Assembly: GCA_004764695.1 (NCBI GenBank)
Contig: SMSO01000035.1
Location: forward strand, 3,732,040 to 3,796,039
Direction: 5' to 3'
Origin: Schizochytrium sp. TIO01
Taxonomy: Eukaryota; Protista; Bigyra: Labyrinthulomycetes
Length of the DNA stretch: 64,000 nt
Below, piece after piece: positions 21,276 through 32,412 of the stretch. The position numbers and the translations under genes are program-made. Numbering within the stretch: position 1 is the first letter of the stretch; the number at the start of each line of letters is the position of its first letter. Under the pieces are notes generated by a model. The model had not been told where the DNA came from. It made no database searches and saw nothing but the letters and a program-made list of their open reading frames with translations.

Positions 21276-22340
21276 TCAAGCTCATTTACTGGACTAAGTG
21301 AACCGTCGATTATCTCATCTCATGAGATAGCCCGAAGCTCCACATCAGGGGCTGGCCGTTGCCTTATGGCAACTAATACAAAAAACTACAAGGACAAGAA
21401 TGCGTCGCGTGGTTACCTTTTCCTTGAGAGAAATGAACTTGGGAACCAAGGTTTCGGCTGATTCTTGCACGTGGGGACACACTAGCTTTGCTGGTCAACC
21501 ATCGTATAAGAGAATGCCGATTTCGATCAAGGCGGGACACAGTGAGATACACCTCCAAACAAAAACAAAAAAGGTTGAACTGTGTTAAGGAACTTACGAG
21601 AATGCGTGTCCGTCCACCACGTCCGCACATAATAAACATACGTACAACACCACACTTCCATGACATCGTTGAATAAGCTTTTGTAGTGGTGGTGATGGAC
21701 CGCGTCACTAATTAGAAATACACTATCACGAGAATTTTCCTTAGGCTAATAAATTACATAAATCTATCGAACAGATCTCCCGATTACCCCACGTTCTATG
21801 CCCGTCTCCTTTAGACTGATGAGTTACATACGTCTATTGAAAAGGTTTTCCTTATTAGCACACGCTCTAGGTACATATACATTATATTGGTATGACACAC
21901 ATTGCAAGAATCAGATATATGCTACGGTGACGAAGAATTGATCGTTGTACCTGAAGAGTGAAATAAGAAGTATAATTTATTCTATACTCCTTCCTAAAAA
22001 AGCCTGAAAAGTGTCAGTTGGTCTATCTCATTGTTGACTATTAAAAATTGGTTGGTTTATATATATCTATCTGTCCCCCCAAAAATGGTGGCAAAACAAA
22101 ATCTCCAAAATGCAGAGCGAATCCATATTACAAGGAACAATTACGTTTCCAAAACTTCCTTCATGTGAATGCAAGGAAACTTCGAGTCCAAAGGTTCGTC
22201 TTGTTGACCTGCATGTCTGAGAATGATGAAACATCTCTATGTATCAATAGTGTACGCCATCAATGATGGTAGAGGTAGCTTTAAACCTACTAATAGAGTG
22301 AATAAGTAAATTACTAAACATGCATGTGCGGGTTGCTGGT

Positions 22341-22973
22341 TTAGCAAGGACATGCGCCAGATGATTCGTCATGCCAGCCACCGAGATGAGTTTCTGCCGT
22401 GAGCTCGATCTCATTTTCATCCCGAGACTCCATGGCCTCAAGAACATCTGGGCGACCACAAATGTGTTCAACAAGTGCTTTGATTCCTTCGTTCACGTTT
22501 GAGTCAGTCTTTGCAGATGTAGGAAACCACGCAATAAATCCATGCTTGGCACAGAATGCTTCAATTTCCTCGGTGTCATAGCTTGCCTCGGACAGGTCAC
22601 TCTTGTTTCCTAAGAGAACTGTCGGCAATGGCTTGCCATTAGGTAAGCGCGCGCGATCATCGAGTTCGGTTTTCCACTCTGCCAGTGCCTCGAAGGTATC
22701 GTGTCTTGTGGCATCAAAGACCATAATAGCTCCAAGGGCATCCCTAAAGTAGACCTTCTGAAGCGTACCAAAGCGGTCTTGCCCGGCTACATCCCATAGT
22801 TGAAGTCCCACACGGAAATTGTTCACGGAAAGTTGCTTGAGCGCAAAGTCACAGCCTACAGTAGTACGGTGCTGCGCAGAGAAAAGGTCATGACAAAAGC
22901 GTTTAATTAGAGATGTCTTACCCGTCGCGGGTTCGCCAATTACAACAACTTTAACTGTACGCTCGCGATCCAT
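22341..22973 (-). CDS. Rab GTPase, Rab32/38/29-like
   Basis: GEPATGKTS, 'TVGCDFALK', WDVAGQDRF (Rab32/38-type WDxAGQ), GNKSD, TSAK, C-terminal CPC prenylation motif. Confidence 0.9.
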   Translation of the reverse strand: MDRERTVKVVVIGEPATGKTSLIKRFCHDLFSAQHRTTVGCDFALKQLSVNNFRVGLQLWDVAGQDRFGTLQKVYFRDALGAIMVFDATRHDTFEALAEWKTELDDRARLPNGKPLPTVLLGNKSDLSEASYDTEEIEAFCAKHGFIAWFPTSAKTDSNVNEGIKALVEHICGRPDVLEAMESRDENEIELTAETHLGGWHDESSGACPC

Positions 22974-24805
22974 GGTGATGTTTACTGCGTTGTGATACAG
23001 ATACTTGCAATTGAAACTTGCTTGACCAACCTAGCAAAAGGAACCTTCTTCAATCCAAGGCTTTGCAATACTTCTTCCTCTACCGTCACAAGAACGAAGC
23101 CTGAGGCAAGCTGTGGGCCTTGAAGTAACTCACGGACAATGCAAGGGCCAGAGTTCCCTGCGAAAAGTGATGAGGAGGCGTGTTGTAAACTGTATCCTGT
23201 TCAGAAACGCAGATCGACCGATATCTTCAACCACCAATCTCGCGCACCTGCTTGTCTACGCAGATTATGTGTCACTGCAAGTTGCTTTGGTGTTTCTTGC
23301 CTTTCACGCTTGCAGCGACCCCGTGGCTTCTCGCTTGGCGCCGTCGTTCCTCTATCTCCGTTTTGATTTTCCGTGGGCTTCGCTCTTTTCCCGTTCTGTT
23401 ACAATTAGAACTCCAAATGGCCAATTAACGCAACCCAAATCGTTGCATAACTGTGTTTATCTTCCGTCCTCCCTCAAGATCTGGCTGGCCCCAGTGGTCT
23501 ACACACTCAAGACTCGCACGGAGGCCCAGCAGAGGCAAGAATCAAGAGTCTTAATCGAACTGCGCTGTGCCTTTGGCCGCCTTTTGGCACACTCGAGGTT
23601 TCTCAAGATTTGCAAAGTCTCAATCGCAATCATTGTGGGCTCAATTTTTAAGACTCTTTTGACTCTCTTCGCTCCTTAGCCTCGACCCGTTCTTTTCTTC
23701 TCCGTTCTTTCGTTCTGCTTTCGCGATTCTTCTTTCTTTCTTTCTTTCTTTCTCTCTTTCTCTCTTTCTCTATCGCTTCTTCCTCTGCTTTTGCCCAATA
23801 AGGTGACCGTGGCCTTCAAAAGCGTCACCTTCGTGCTTGTCATAGCCCAGCTACGGGGTCGTCTTGAGAGCAGGGGCTACGGAAGCATACGGGCACTCCA
23901 AAGCAGCTCAGGCACATTAAGAGTTAGCAGAACTGGAGCCAAGTCGGTTTCTACGTCGCTCTTCGAGATGTGGAACGAGTGGCGGCGGCACCCTCTTTTA
24001 ATGGAGAGTGCTAGCGATGTTTAGCAAAGTGCTACTGTGGTGCATGTGCCATGTCAGAAGGCGAAAGAAATGAATGACAGGAGCGAATAAAACAAACTGT
24101 GCATGCATCGCATTGAGTAAACTCCTGCGATGAATGCAGTTTCAGGTTGTGGGTTTGACCAATGACACACACGATGTGGTGTAGAAGAAGTTGGTGACCA
24201 GCGCCATTAAGAACAGTGAAAGATAAGAAAGAACAAGCGTCATGATCGAAGGCTCTGCAGATGTAGCACTCACTCTATGAGAATTACAATCTCCAACCAC
24301 GGGTCACTCACAGAAGTGAGGAGGTTATAACTCTCGAAATATAGCGTTCGTTGTTGACCAAACGATATCGATCAAGCTGCCTCGATGACTCTGGGTAGGC
24401 ACGATCTCTGGATTTCGCTGGTGCCTTCGCTTTGCTTTGCTTTGCTTTGCTTTGTCTTGTCTTGTCTTGTCTTGTCTTGTCTTGTCTTCGTTTGCAATTT
24501 CATTAATTGTTTCTTTCACCTGTGTTGATTTTTATGAAAAGGTTTACTAGTGGTGTGATAGGAAGTAGGTCCTAGTGATTGGCGTAGTAAACTGCTAAGG
24601 AGGCAGGCCTCATAATGTTGCGAAATGATTGAATGGGCGAATGAGTGGAATGTAGGAATCAATGACATCAGCGGTCAGAACTACAACTACGTTGCGCTCA
24701 CTTTGGCTTCGAAATCGCTCGGATTTGTTGCAGTTGAAAGTCTTTGCGTGAACTTGAACGAAGTTTGAACAAAGCTTATTGAGTCTTCGCAACTTGTGGT
24801 GAAGC

Positions 24806-25387
24806 ATGACCTCGAGGAAGCTGCCCAATGTGCTCGTGACCGGCACTCCCGGCACTGGCAAGAGCTCGCACTGCGCTGCTATTGCAGAGGCATTTTCATC
24901 TTTGGCGCACATTGATGTCAACGCTCTCGCTCGTGAGCAGGGCCTCTTCGATGGTTTTGATGAAGACCGTAAAGTAGAGGTCTTGGATGACGACAAGGTC
25001 TGCGACGCCCTCGAGGAAGTCCTTAAGAACGGCGGCAAGCTCGTGGACACGCACTCCATGGTTGACTACTTTCCGGAGAGGTGGTTCGACCTCGTTGTTG
25101 TTTTGCGTACTGACAACACTGTATTGTACGACAGACTCACCAAGCGTGGTTACGATGATCGCAAGATTCAAGAAAACGTGCAAGCAGAGATCATGCAGGT
25201 GCTCGAGGAGGAGGCCAAGGACTCCTACGCCAAGGAGATCGTGCAGGTTCTCAAGAGCGACTCTGTAGCCGATCTCGAATCTAACGTTGAGCGCATTGTC
25301 GCATGGGCAAAGGCATGGATTGAGAACAACAACGACGACGATGAGGATGAGGAGAACGACGCTCAATCCGCTGTCAAGGAGGCATAA
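24806..25387 (+). CDS. AK6: Adenylate kinase 6 / Fap7 (CINAP)
   Basis: 'PNVLVTGTPGTGKS', 'FPERWFDLVVVLRTDNTVLYDRLTKRGY', 'ENVQAEIMQV'. Confidence 0.95.
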   Translation: MTSRKLPNVLVTGTPGTGKSSHCAAIAEAFSSLAHIDVNALAREQGLFDGFDEDRKVEVLDDDKVCDALEEVLKNGGKLVDTHSMVDYFPERWFDLVVVLRTDNTVLYDRLTKRGYDDRKIQENVQAEIMQVLEEEAKDSYAKEIVQVLKSDSVADLESNVERIVAWAKAWIENNNDDDEDEENDAQSAVKEA

Positions 25388-26246
25388 ATATGTGCGATAT
25401 GCTGATTCACTGGCTGTATGTAAACTCATCTCTACAAGCTGATTGCGAACCAATTTAACGGATGCACCCAATTCCCAGGCCGCTATAACCACGCGACCGA
25501 GAGCTGTGTGGCAGCAGCGGGTCAATAGTTCACAATTGGATTTGCATTCTTAACTTTTGTTCTTCAGCGCCAGCGATATCCAAATGCTCATTCACATGTT
25601 TCTCTTTATATACCGTTTGCTGCGTCACTACGTGGTGGCTCTTGCGAAACGAACCAACCGCCACAGTTTATATCTGTTTGCTGTGTGGCTGCAATGGTTG
25701 TGTTAAAGTACAGCCAACCCTCTTCCTGTTCCGTGCAATCTGGGTGTATGTTTCTCTTCTCAGATGGCGTTGGGAAGAAAGTTGAGCGACGATTAGCGAC
25801 TTTGGCTTACCAAATTCAGATTCCAAACGTAAATCAAACTTTTCTTTTCCTCTCACGCACTTGTGAGTGAGAGGTGGAGATGAAGTTCATGAACAAGTAT
25901 GGGTCTAGCAAAAGGGTACAAAACTTTGTTTAAACAGCTCTAGAAAACTTTCCACACCTGATTCTGTAGCTCTCAGCAGTTTCATGACAAATTTCTCTTT
26001 TCTGCCCTCCCCCCTTCCTTTTTCCTAAACATAATCTATAAACCAAACATTTGGCAAAACATTCTTGTTCCGAAAATTAAATAGACAGAGATTAAATTGT
26101 TATTTTTTTTAAAGATAGCAAAAAGGCTGGGAGGATTTTACCGGTCCAAACTACATGAAGCAAAACCCCTTCATATGTAAATATAATTTGCATACATAAT
26201 ATATATTCTCTCAAAGTCTGTAGGCGCATTATATTTGTCATACTCC

Positions 26247-29200
26247 TTATTTCGGCTGACGTTTCAATGCGAAGCGAGTGTTGGATGCCTCTTGGTGCAA
26301 ATCTCTCAGCCGATTCTCCAGGAAAAGTTTTTGATCAAGAGCTTTCTTAGTCTTAATGCCTTTGTTCATGAGTTTGGAGAGGTCAGCCTCATGTTTCTCC
26401 CTTTCCAGATTAATCATCATAAGTTTACGCTCAAGTAAGGAGAATCCATTATGTAGGTCACGTGTTGAGGCCTCGGTTGCGAAAGGTGCCAAGGATTCTC
26501 GCGAGCTAGCCCATTCCGAAGAGTTTGAACGACCTCGAGATTGAAGTCCTCCTGTCATGTCCCCAGACCCTTTGTCTTCTCCATACACAGATTCGGGTCC
26601 CATAGTTTGCCTTCGATATGCGACAGGGCGAGTGTACTGCTGAGTCGAATGGTAGTCGTCTTCCTGGAAACCTCTATATGGTACCTCTGTCTGTTGCTGC
26701 TGTTGCTGCTGTTGTTGTTGCTGTTGTTGTTGCTGTTGTTGTTGCTGTTGTTGCTGCTGTTGTTGCTGTTGTTGTTGTTGCTGCTGCTGTTGTTGCTGCT
26801 GTTGTTGCTGCTGCTGTTGTTGCTGCTGCTGTTGTTGCTGCTGCTGTTGTTGCTGACGTAATCGTAATCTTTGCCTTGCAGAAGGGGGAGATGAATCGCC
26901 ATCGCTATTTGGGAACATATCTGCAAATGACCATTGACTTTCATTTACGTATGATCGCCGTCGACTGGCAACATTTGCATCAGCAGATACTGGATCAGAG
27001 GGCATAACAATTTCGGATGCGCCGTATTTAGTATGAGCATCCTTATTTGTATCAAATGTTGATTTGGATGAAGGCGGTGACAGTTGCTGCGGAGGTGAAC
27101 CCATATATGAGTTGTTTCTTGTTATTTGTCGACCTGAAGCTTGAGGTAGAGTTGGCGGAGAAGAGTGTTCAGGAGAGCGCATGCTCTGAAAGCCAGTGGG
27201 CTCAGGACTCTTTTGCTGTTCGTATGGCCTGTGCCCATAGTCTTGTTCCATTGATAGCTCTGAAGGATTCATGGACAGCGTTCCTTGATGATTATTCCAA
27301 TTTTCAGACATCCGATGTGGTTGGTCCTGCAGCTCATGCATTGTGTTGTAAGTAGCAGAGGCATGCAAACCAGACGTAGAATTTGATAAAGAGTGCATGT
27401 TACTTTGAGCGCGACGCACTTGAACCTCAAGGTGACGGGCACGTTCCTCTGCTCGAGCGCGTGCCTGTTCTACTGCGCGTAGCTCATTCATAGCATATTC
27501 CAGACTTCGCGAGGATTCCTTACTAGCCCATTTGATACGTTGTTGAGCTTCAATCAATCGAAGTCGCTCCTCTTGCAGGCGCTGGAATACCTGCTCCTCC
27601 TGCGCAAGGATTCTTCCTGGACTATCTTCTGCGGGCTCACCATATTGAAGGTTCATATAGTGACCTGAGAATCGAGGGGGAATCTGTTGCGCAGGTTCAT
27701 ACTGAGAATCAATATTTGAAGTATGATCTCCTTGAGGCAAGTGCTCAACCATTACATTATTTTCATCTTGATTCGCGAACCCAAAAGAGGATGTTGGTCT
27801 AGGCGGCTCCGCAGTGTAAAACGAGTGTGCCGCCTCTTTGGAGCTCTTTTGATTTGCAAGATGCCAGTTTTGTGTCTGAGAATCACGAACCAGAGTCTTC
27901 CCCGTGACATCTGTTTCGACAAGCTGGACTCCAGCTGCCGAGGGGAAAGTCTCTCTGGAATCTTTCTCCTGAGCAACATCTAGCGAAGGTGATATTTTCC
28001 TCTGCCTGGAGGTCATATCCTGATCCTGATCAGAATCTTCGACATGAATTTGTGCTGGAATCTGAGTTTGTGTTTGCGCTCGACCCTGCGCTTGACTTTG
28101 TGCTCCCAATTGACGGTCCAGCTGAATGACTTGTTTTTCAAGTCGTTTTACCTTTGCCTCAGCCTCCTCAAGTTTTTCTTGCAGTTTTAATATTTCGCCT
28201 CCTGTAAAGTCTACATGAACGGCTGTATCTCGCACTTCTGGCTTTGTGGCAGTACTATGATCAGCGGACTCAGGTACGGGCTCTTGAATTTGAACACGCG
28301 TCTCCTCAAGCTCGTTAGTCAAAGATTCTACTTTTCGTTGCAAGGCCTGGATCTGCGCTTGTGCGAATGTAAGCTGGCCATCGGCCACAGATGCTAAGGT
28401 CGGTTTCTGAGAAGACTGTGGAGTTGCTTGCGGCATAATTCCATTTTCCTTCTCCTGAGCCTCCTGCCTCATAACATGCATGCTACTATTTTGAAAAGAT
28501 TGTGAGGCTATACTACGCATGTGGCTGCTCGCAGTACTTGTATTTACACCAGGCTCGAAGTAACTAGACAGTTGGAAGGAATCTTGTAAAGACGCCAGCC
28601 CTTCGTTTCTGAGAGGATACTTTTGCATAGTATTAAACGCTTCACGTGGCTTTTGCATGTATACATTGGGATTAAAAGAACCGTTTTGCACTGGGACTTC
28701 TGCCAGTTCGCTGTCATCGCCCCACAAACTCTTTTCCTCCTCATCTGGCGGGAAAATTTCAGTGATATCTAGCTCTGTTCGAACGAACACACTCGACCCC
28801 TCGAGCTCTGTTTCGTCCTGCAGTTGAAAGCTAGCATCATGATCCACACTCAAGTGCTCCTGACTCTCTTGTATATCTCGAAGACCATTTGCAAAGGCAG
28901 TGGCCAAGTCCTCATCTTCGTACAAGAGCTCTCCACGTACGGTCCTTAATTCAGGTTCCCTCGACGCAGATGGTGGCATGCTACTCGAGAATGAAGACAT
29001 TCCTAATTGTCTTCGTGTTGCAGTCGACTCGGGAGTCATTGTCATATACATATGGAGCCTTGCGATACTCATATCCGAGAATGCGGAGATGTCCATAAGT
29101 GGCGTTCCTGGTGGCGCCCTCGATGGCTGTTTTGCTGGTGTTGGAGTAAAATCTGGCCTTAGCGTCTTCATATGTGGGTCTCGCACGGGACTTAATGCTG

Positions 29201-29792
29201 ATGCAAGCTGTACAATGTCCTCATCATCTTCTGCATGGCTGTATGCAATTTGCTCTTCATCTGTGCCATCTCTACGCCAGTTCTCTTCACCATCTTTGTT
29301 CTTGGTAGTTATTTTTTCAGCAACATCCAGATTGTCATGTCTAGATCTTTCCCAGACACCTATTCCAGACCCCTCAAGGACATCTTCACTTGTCCTGGGA
29401 TCTGGAAAATTAGCTTTTTCATCATTGAGCTGTCGGGTTTGCGCCATGAGTAGCTTTTCAGGATTGCCATTTCGACCCATATTTGTTTTCGATTGTAAAT
29501 CAAGGTTTCGATCTGTACCAAATTCACCACTGTCCTCCTCCAAAAGCCCTTCAAGGTCCTCTAGAGACAGCGCAATATCCCCATCCTGGTCATTGTATTG
29601 CCTCGAATCCTCAAGGTCTTCGTATGCTGTAATATTAGCGTTATTCGCGTGGTGGTTTTCGCCATTCTCCGCGCCGTTCTCCTCGTCAACCTCGCCGATA
29701 AGCGCTAGATCAGCGCCAGATCCCGCTAGGGAGGGACCCAGGTGCTCCTCGCCTTTTTCTGAGGCACCCTCTGGCGTTAAATCAGAGGACAT
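26247..29792 (-). CDS. Low-complexity/coiled-coil protein with 55-Q tract and an MPHOSPH9/enkurin-like C-terminal helical domain
   Basis: 1181-aa ORF. The C-terminus 'APFATE..LERKLMMINLEREKHEADLSKL..KTKKALDQKLFLENRLRDLHQEASNTRFALK' resembles MPHOSPH9/enkurin-type C-termini (recognised from memory, not searched). Confidence 0.7.
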   Translation of the reverse strand: MSSDLTPEGASEKGEEHLGPSLAGSGADLALIGEVDEENGAENGENHHANNANITAYEDLEDSRQYNDQDGDIALSLEDLEGLLEEDSGEFGTDRNLDLQSKTNMGRNGNPEKLLMAQTRQLNDEKANFPDPRTSEDVLEGSGIGVWERSRHDNLDVAEKITTKNKDGEENWRRDGTDEEQIAYSHAEDDEDIVQLASALSPVRDPHMKTLRPDFTPTPAKQPSRAPPGTPLMDISAFSDMSIARLHMYMTMTPESTATRRQLGMSSFSSSMPPSASREPELRTVRGELLYEDEDLATAFANGLRDIQESQEHLSVDHDASFQLQDETELEGSSVFVRTELDITEIFPPDEEEKSLWGDDSELAEVPVQNGSFNPNVYMQKPREAFNTMQKYPLRNEGLASLQDSFQLSSYFEPGVNTSTASSHMRSIASQSFQNSSMHVMRQEAQEKENGIMPQATPQSSQKPTLASVADGQLTFAQAQIQALQRKVESLTNELEETRVQIQEPVPESADHSTATKPEVRDTAVHVDFTGGEILKLQEKLEEAEAKVKRLEKQVIQLDRQLGAQSQAQGRAQTQTQIPAQIHVEDSDQDQDMTSRQRKISPSLDVAQEKDSRETFPSAAGVQLVETDVTGKTLVRDSQTQNWHLANQKSSKEAAHSFYTAEPPRPTSSFGFANQDENNVMVEHLPQGDHTSNIDSQYEPAQQIPPRFSGHYMNLQYGEPAEDSPGRILAQEEQVFQRLQEERLRLIEAQQRIKWASKESSRSLEYAMNELRAVEQARARAEERARHLEVQVRRAQSNMHSLSNSTSGLHASATYNTMHELQDQPHRMSENWNNHQGTLSMNPSELSMEQDYGHRPYEQQKSPEPTGFQSMRSPEHSSPPTLPQASGRQITRNNSYMGSPPQQLSPPSSKSTFDTNKDAHTKYGASEIVMPSDPVSADANVASRRRSYVNESQWSFADMFPNSDGDSSPPSARQRLRLRQQQQQQQQQQQQQQQQQQQQQQQQQQQQQQQQQQQQQQQQQQQQQQQQQQQQQQQTEVPYRGFQEDDYHSTQQYTRPVAYRRQTMGPESVYGEDKGSGDMTGGLQSRGRSNSSEWASSRESLAPFATEASTRDLHNGFSLLERKLMMINLEREKHEADLSKLMNKGIKTKKALDQKLFLENRLRDLHQEASNTRFALKRQPK
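26691..26855 (-). repeat. Mixed CAG/CAA polyglutamine repeat (55 codons)
   Basis: 165 nt consisting only of ctg/ttg triplets on the + strand. Confidence 0.95.
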
Positions 29793-30665
29793 CGCCGCAC
29801 AGCGGCTGCCTCGCTGTCGAGGCTCCGACGGTTTGCAGCGCTCCCGAATTGAGCTTTGCTGTTATTGTTTTTTGTTTTGTTGATTCTCGTTTTTTCCAAA
29901 TCATCATTTTTACTTCTTCTTTTTCTTTTCTACCACTTATTAGTATCTACTCTACTACCGCTCATGTTTTTCTTATTCTTATTTTCTTCTATGATGTGTA
30001 TATTTTTAATTGAAAAAGAAAAAGAAAAAGAAAAAGAAATAAAGACACCGAGTATAAAATAGGATATCAGATGGATACAATAGACTATTGATGAATACTC
30101 TATAGTAGAGGCGGCTTTTGACGTACGGCAAAAGACACGTCGCTTTTACCGTACGTCTTGAATTGAAGGTCGCTCTGCATAGGTACCAGCTCCACGAGCG
30201 TGGAGATTCCCTCCAAGCTTGTGCCGGGTATATTGCATCGTTGCCATGAGCACTGCCGACCTCCTCAGACTCGCATCGACGACCTTTAGAGTTTAAGGTT
30301 TTCATTGTAATGTGAATGCGGCATTCCAGTTTTACGAAGGCAGTTTAGAAACACGACTAGAGAAAAAAGAAAGAAACGGAGGCATTATAATGGCGATAAG
30401 AAGAGAGAGAAAACTTTGTGTAATAATACTCAATGTTTTTGCTTCGAATGGTGTATTTGACGTGTGGCACTCGCATCGATTTTGCGGTGAACAGAACCGC
30501 TTGGAGGCGTCTCTAGGTCGTGGGGCCGATCTTCGCGACGTCGGGGTCTTTGGGATATCAAGGGGCGGGTCTGCGAGTTCGTTGTCTGGTTTGAAGAAAG
30601 TCGTGGAACGAAAGTCTTTTTTGGTTAGAGTTTGGTGCTCATCTAAAAGCAGCGAGGGGCCCAAC

Positions 30666-31850
30666 ATGGCCAAAAACAAGGCTAAGAACAAAACCAAAAG
30701 CGCGCGTGCAAGGAATCGGGCAAAAGATTCAGCGAGACCTGGCATTGGAGAGAGTTCTGTAGATTTACCAGAGTCTGCAGTGCAAAACTCAACGTCCAAT
30801 ACCGAAAATAATGCTCAAACGAACGAAAATAGCACCAGGACTGGTGGCAGCAGTGCAAAGGGCGCGAATTATGTACCAGCGTCCATGCCAGGGTGTCATG
30901 TAGCGCGGTTCAATGCAGACTGGCTTGTAGACATCGAGACAGATCTGGACGAAGACACGTTCGGTGTAAGTCTAGATCAGATTCCAGAGATCTCTGTAGA
31001 TCCTGAGTCCGGACTGCTATCCGTGATCAACAGCGACCAAACTCGCTGCAAAAGCTTCAACTTAACTCTTGCAGGAGCTTGCCTTCCCGCAATTGATGGC
31101 AAGAACCGTCAACTTTCGATGGGGTCTACGCGTGATGATAACGGAGTAGAAATACCATGTGTCAGCTTTGTGCTGGTAGTGAAGCCTTGCCAGATGATGG
31201 ATGTGTGCTTTGTAAGTGCGCTGCCAGATGTGGAGGGTGGCAAGGAGGGTAGTGTGGCAGATCTTGCCTCAGATGTACAGTTCTGCCCACTGGATCTCCC
31301 CGGCGAGAATAATGCTGAGGACCAAATATTGCAAAACCCGATTCCACAGATATACTTCCCACTTGGAGGTGACGGGCCGTTTTTGTGTTCACAAGGTACT
31401 TGCGGCCACTTCACCCATTATTTCCCTGGAAACTGTTTTGCTGTAGATTTGGAATGCCCTGTGGGTACACCTATTCTCGCAGTTGGCCCTGGTGTCATCA
31501 GGGGAGTGCGCCAGCACGAGTGCGTAGAAGGCATCCATGCGCGTAATCTCTTTCACTGGAACTCACTACAGCTCGAACTCGATGCAGGTGGCATCGTCGA
31601 GTACGTACACATACAAAAAGACAGTGTTGTCGTGTCACAGGGAGATCGTGTCGAGACTGGTCAGCTCGTATGCCGAAGTGGCGCTGTAGGTTTTGTCCCG
31701 CAACCGCACCTTCATTTGCAGATGTTGCCTTCTCTTGAAGAGAACGCTGCATCCATTCCTTTTTCGATCTATTGTCGCTGTTCAGACCATATCGATGGGA
31801 TTGTTAAGCCGCAAGAGCCATTGGCAGGTCTGTATTATGCTGCCCAATAA
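30666..31850 (+). CDS. Peptidase M23 (LytM-like) domain protein
   Basis: Likely ATG at 30666 (the track uses an upstream GTG). 'THYFPGNCFAVDLECPVGTPILAVGPGVI', 'EYVHIQKDSVVVSQGDRVETGQLVCRSGAVGFVPQPHLHLQ' give an H...D and HxH Zn site with the usual M23 strand pattern. Confidence 0.85.
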   Translation: MAKNKAKNKTKSARARNRAKDSARPGIGESSVDLPESAVQNSTSNTENNAQTNENSTRTGGSSAKGANYVPASMPGCHVARFNADWLVDIETDLDEDTFGVSLDQIPEISVDPESGLLSVINSDQTRCKSFNLTLAGACLPAIDGKNRQLSMGSTRDDNGVEIPCVSFVLVVKPCQMMDVCFVSALPDVEGGKEGSVADLASDVQFCPLDLPGENNAEDQILQNPIPQIYFPLGGDGPFLCSQGTCGHFTHYFPGNCFAVDLECPVGTPILAVGPGVIRGVRQHECVEGIHARNLFHWNSLQLELDAGGIVEYVHIQKDSVVVSQGDRVETGQLVCRSGAVGFVPQPHLHLQMLPSLEENAASIPFSIYCRCSDHIDGIVKPQEPLAGLYYAAQ

Positions 31851-32102
31851 CTGTGTTTGTGCTTCCATAAATTTACATATATATTCTTCTTCTTTTTGCT
31901 ATTTCCGATCTTATTTTGTGCGGTGTTTGTAATTACATCATACTAAAGCTGTGATGATGAAGTGAAGTAATTCTGGCCCCTTCTCATGAAATACACTGTT
32001 AGATAATCCCGGGAAGCCAATGTACTCTTGCTCGATATCATAAATTATGCACCTCCCAAGTTTTTACCCAAAACATTTTTTTAACATTAAAAAAAAGGGT
32101 TC

Positions 32103-32197
32103 CCTGTAAGGTCTATCTACATGAACTGCTGCATCTCGCACTTCTGTCTTCGAACCAGTCCTGATGAGAGGACTCAGATATGGGCTCTTGTATTTGA
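32103..32197. repeat. Degenerate ~95-bp copy of 28201-28294 (internal fragment of the 1181-aa gene)
   Basis: 'cctgtaaggtctatctacatgaactgctgcatctcgcacttctg...ggactcagatatgggctcttgtatttgaa' vs 'cctgtaaagtctacatgaacggctgtatctcgcacttctg...ggactcaggtacgggctcttgaatttgaa'. Confidence 0.8.
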
Positions 32198-32412
32198 AAT
32201 ATTATTCATCACTTGAACGGAAGCATCACGATACTTGGGATAAAGAACGTGACATTTGCAAAAAGCTAAGTTAGGTTGCCCCATTCCCCATATAGACCAG
32301 TCCTAACACAAACTAAGCGATATTTATTTTAAAAGTTTTCAAAGTAGAAAAAATAAAAATTTATAAACCAAAAAAACTCGATCATGTACTTTTTTCTTGT
32401 TGTTCTAATAAA

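Noticed and set aside
21810-21850. Second CTGATGAG...GAAA motif
   Set aside because: The intervening bases do not form stem II and no stem III/UH site is evident.
23113-23679. 188-aa ORF upstream of the Rab gene
   Set aside because: GTG start and non-protein-like composition; likely promoter/UTR.
32150-32205. CTGATGA...GAAA hammerhead ribozyme-like core
   Set aside because: No stem II closes directly onto GAAA, and the segment is explained as a decayed copy of 28201-28294.
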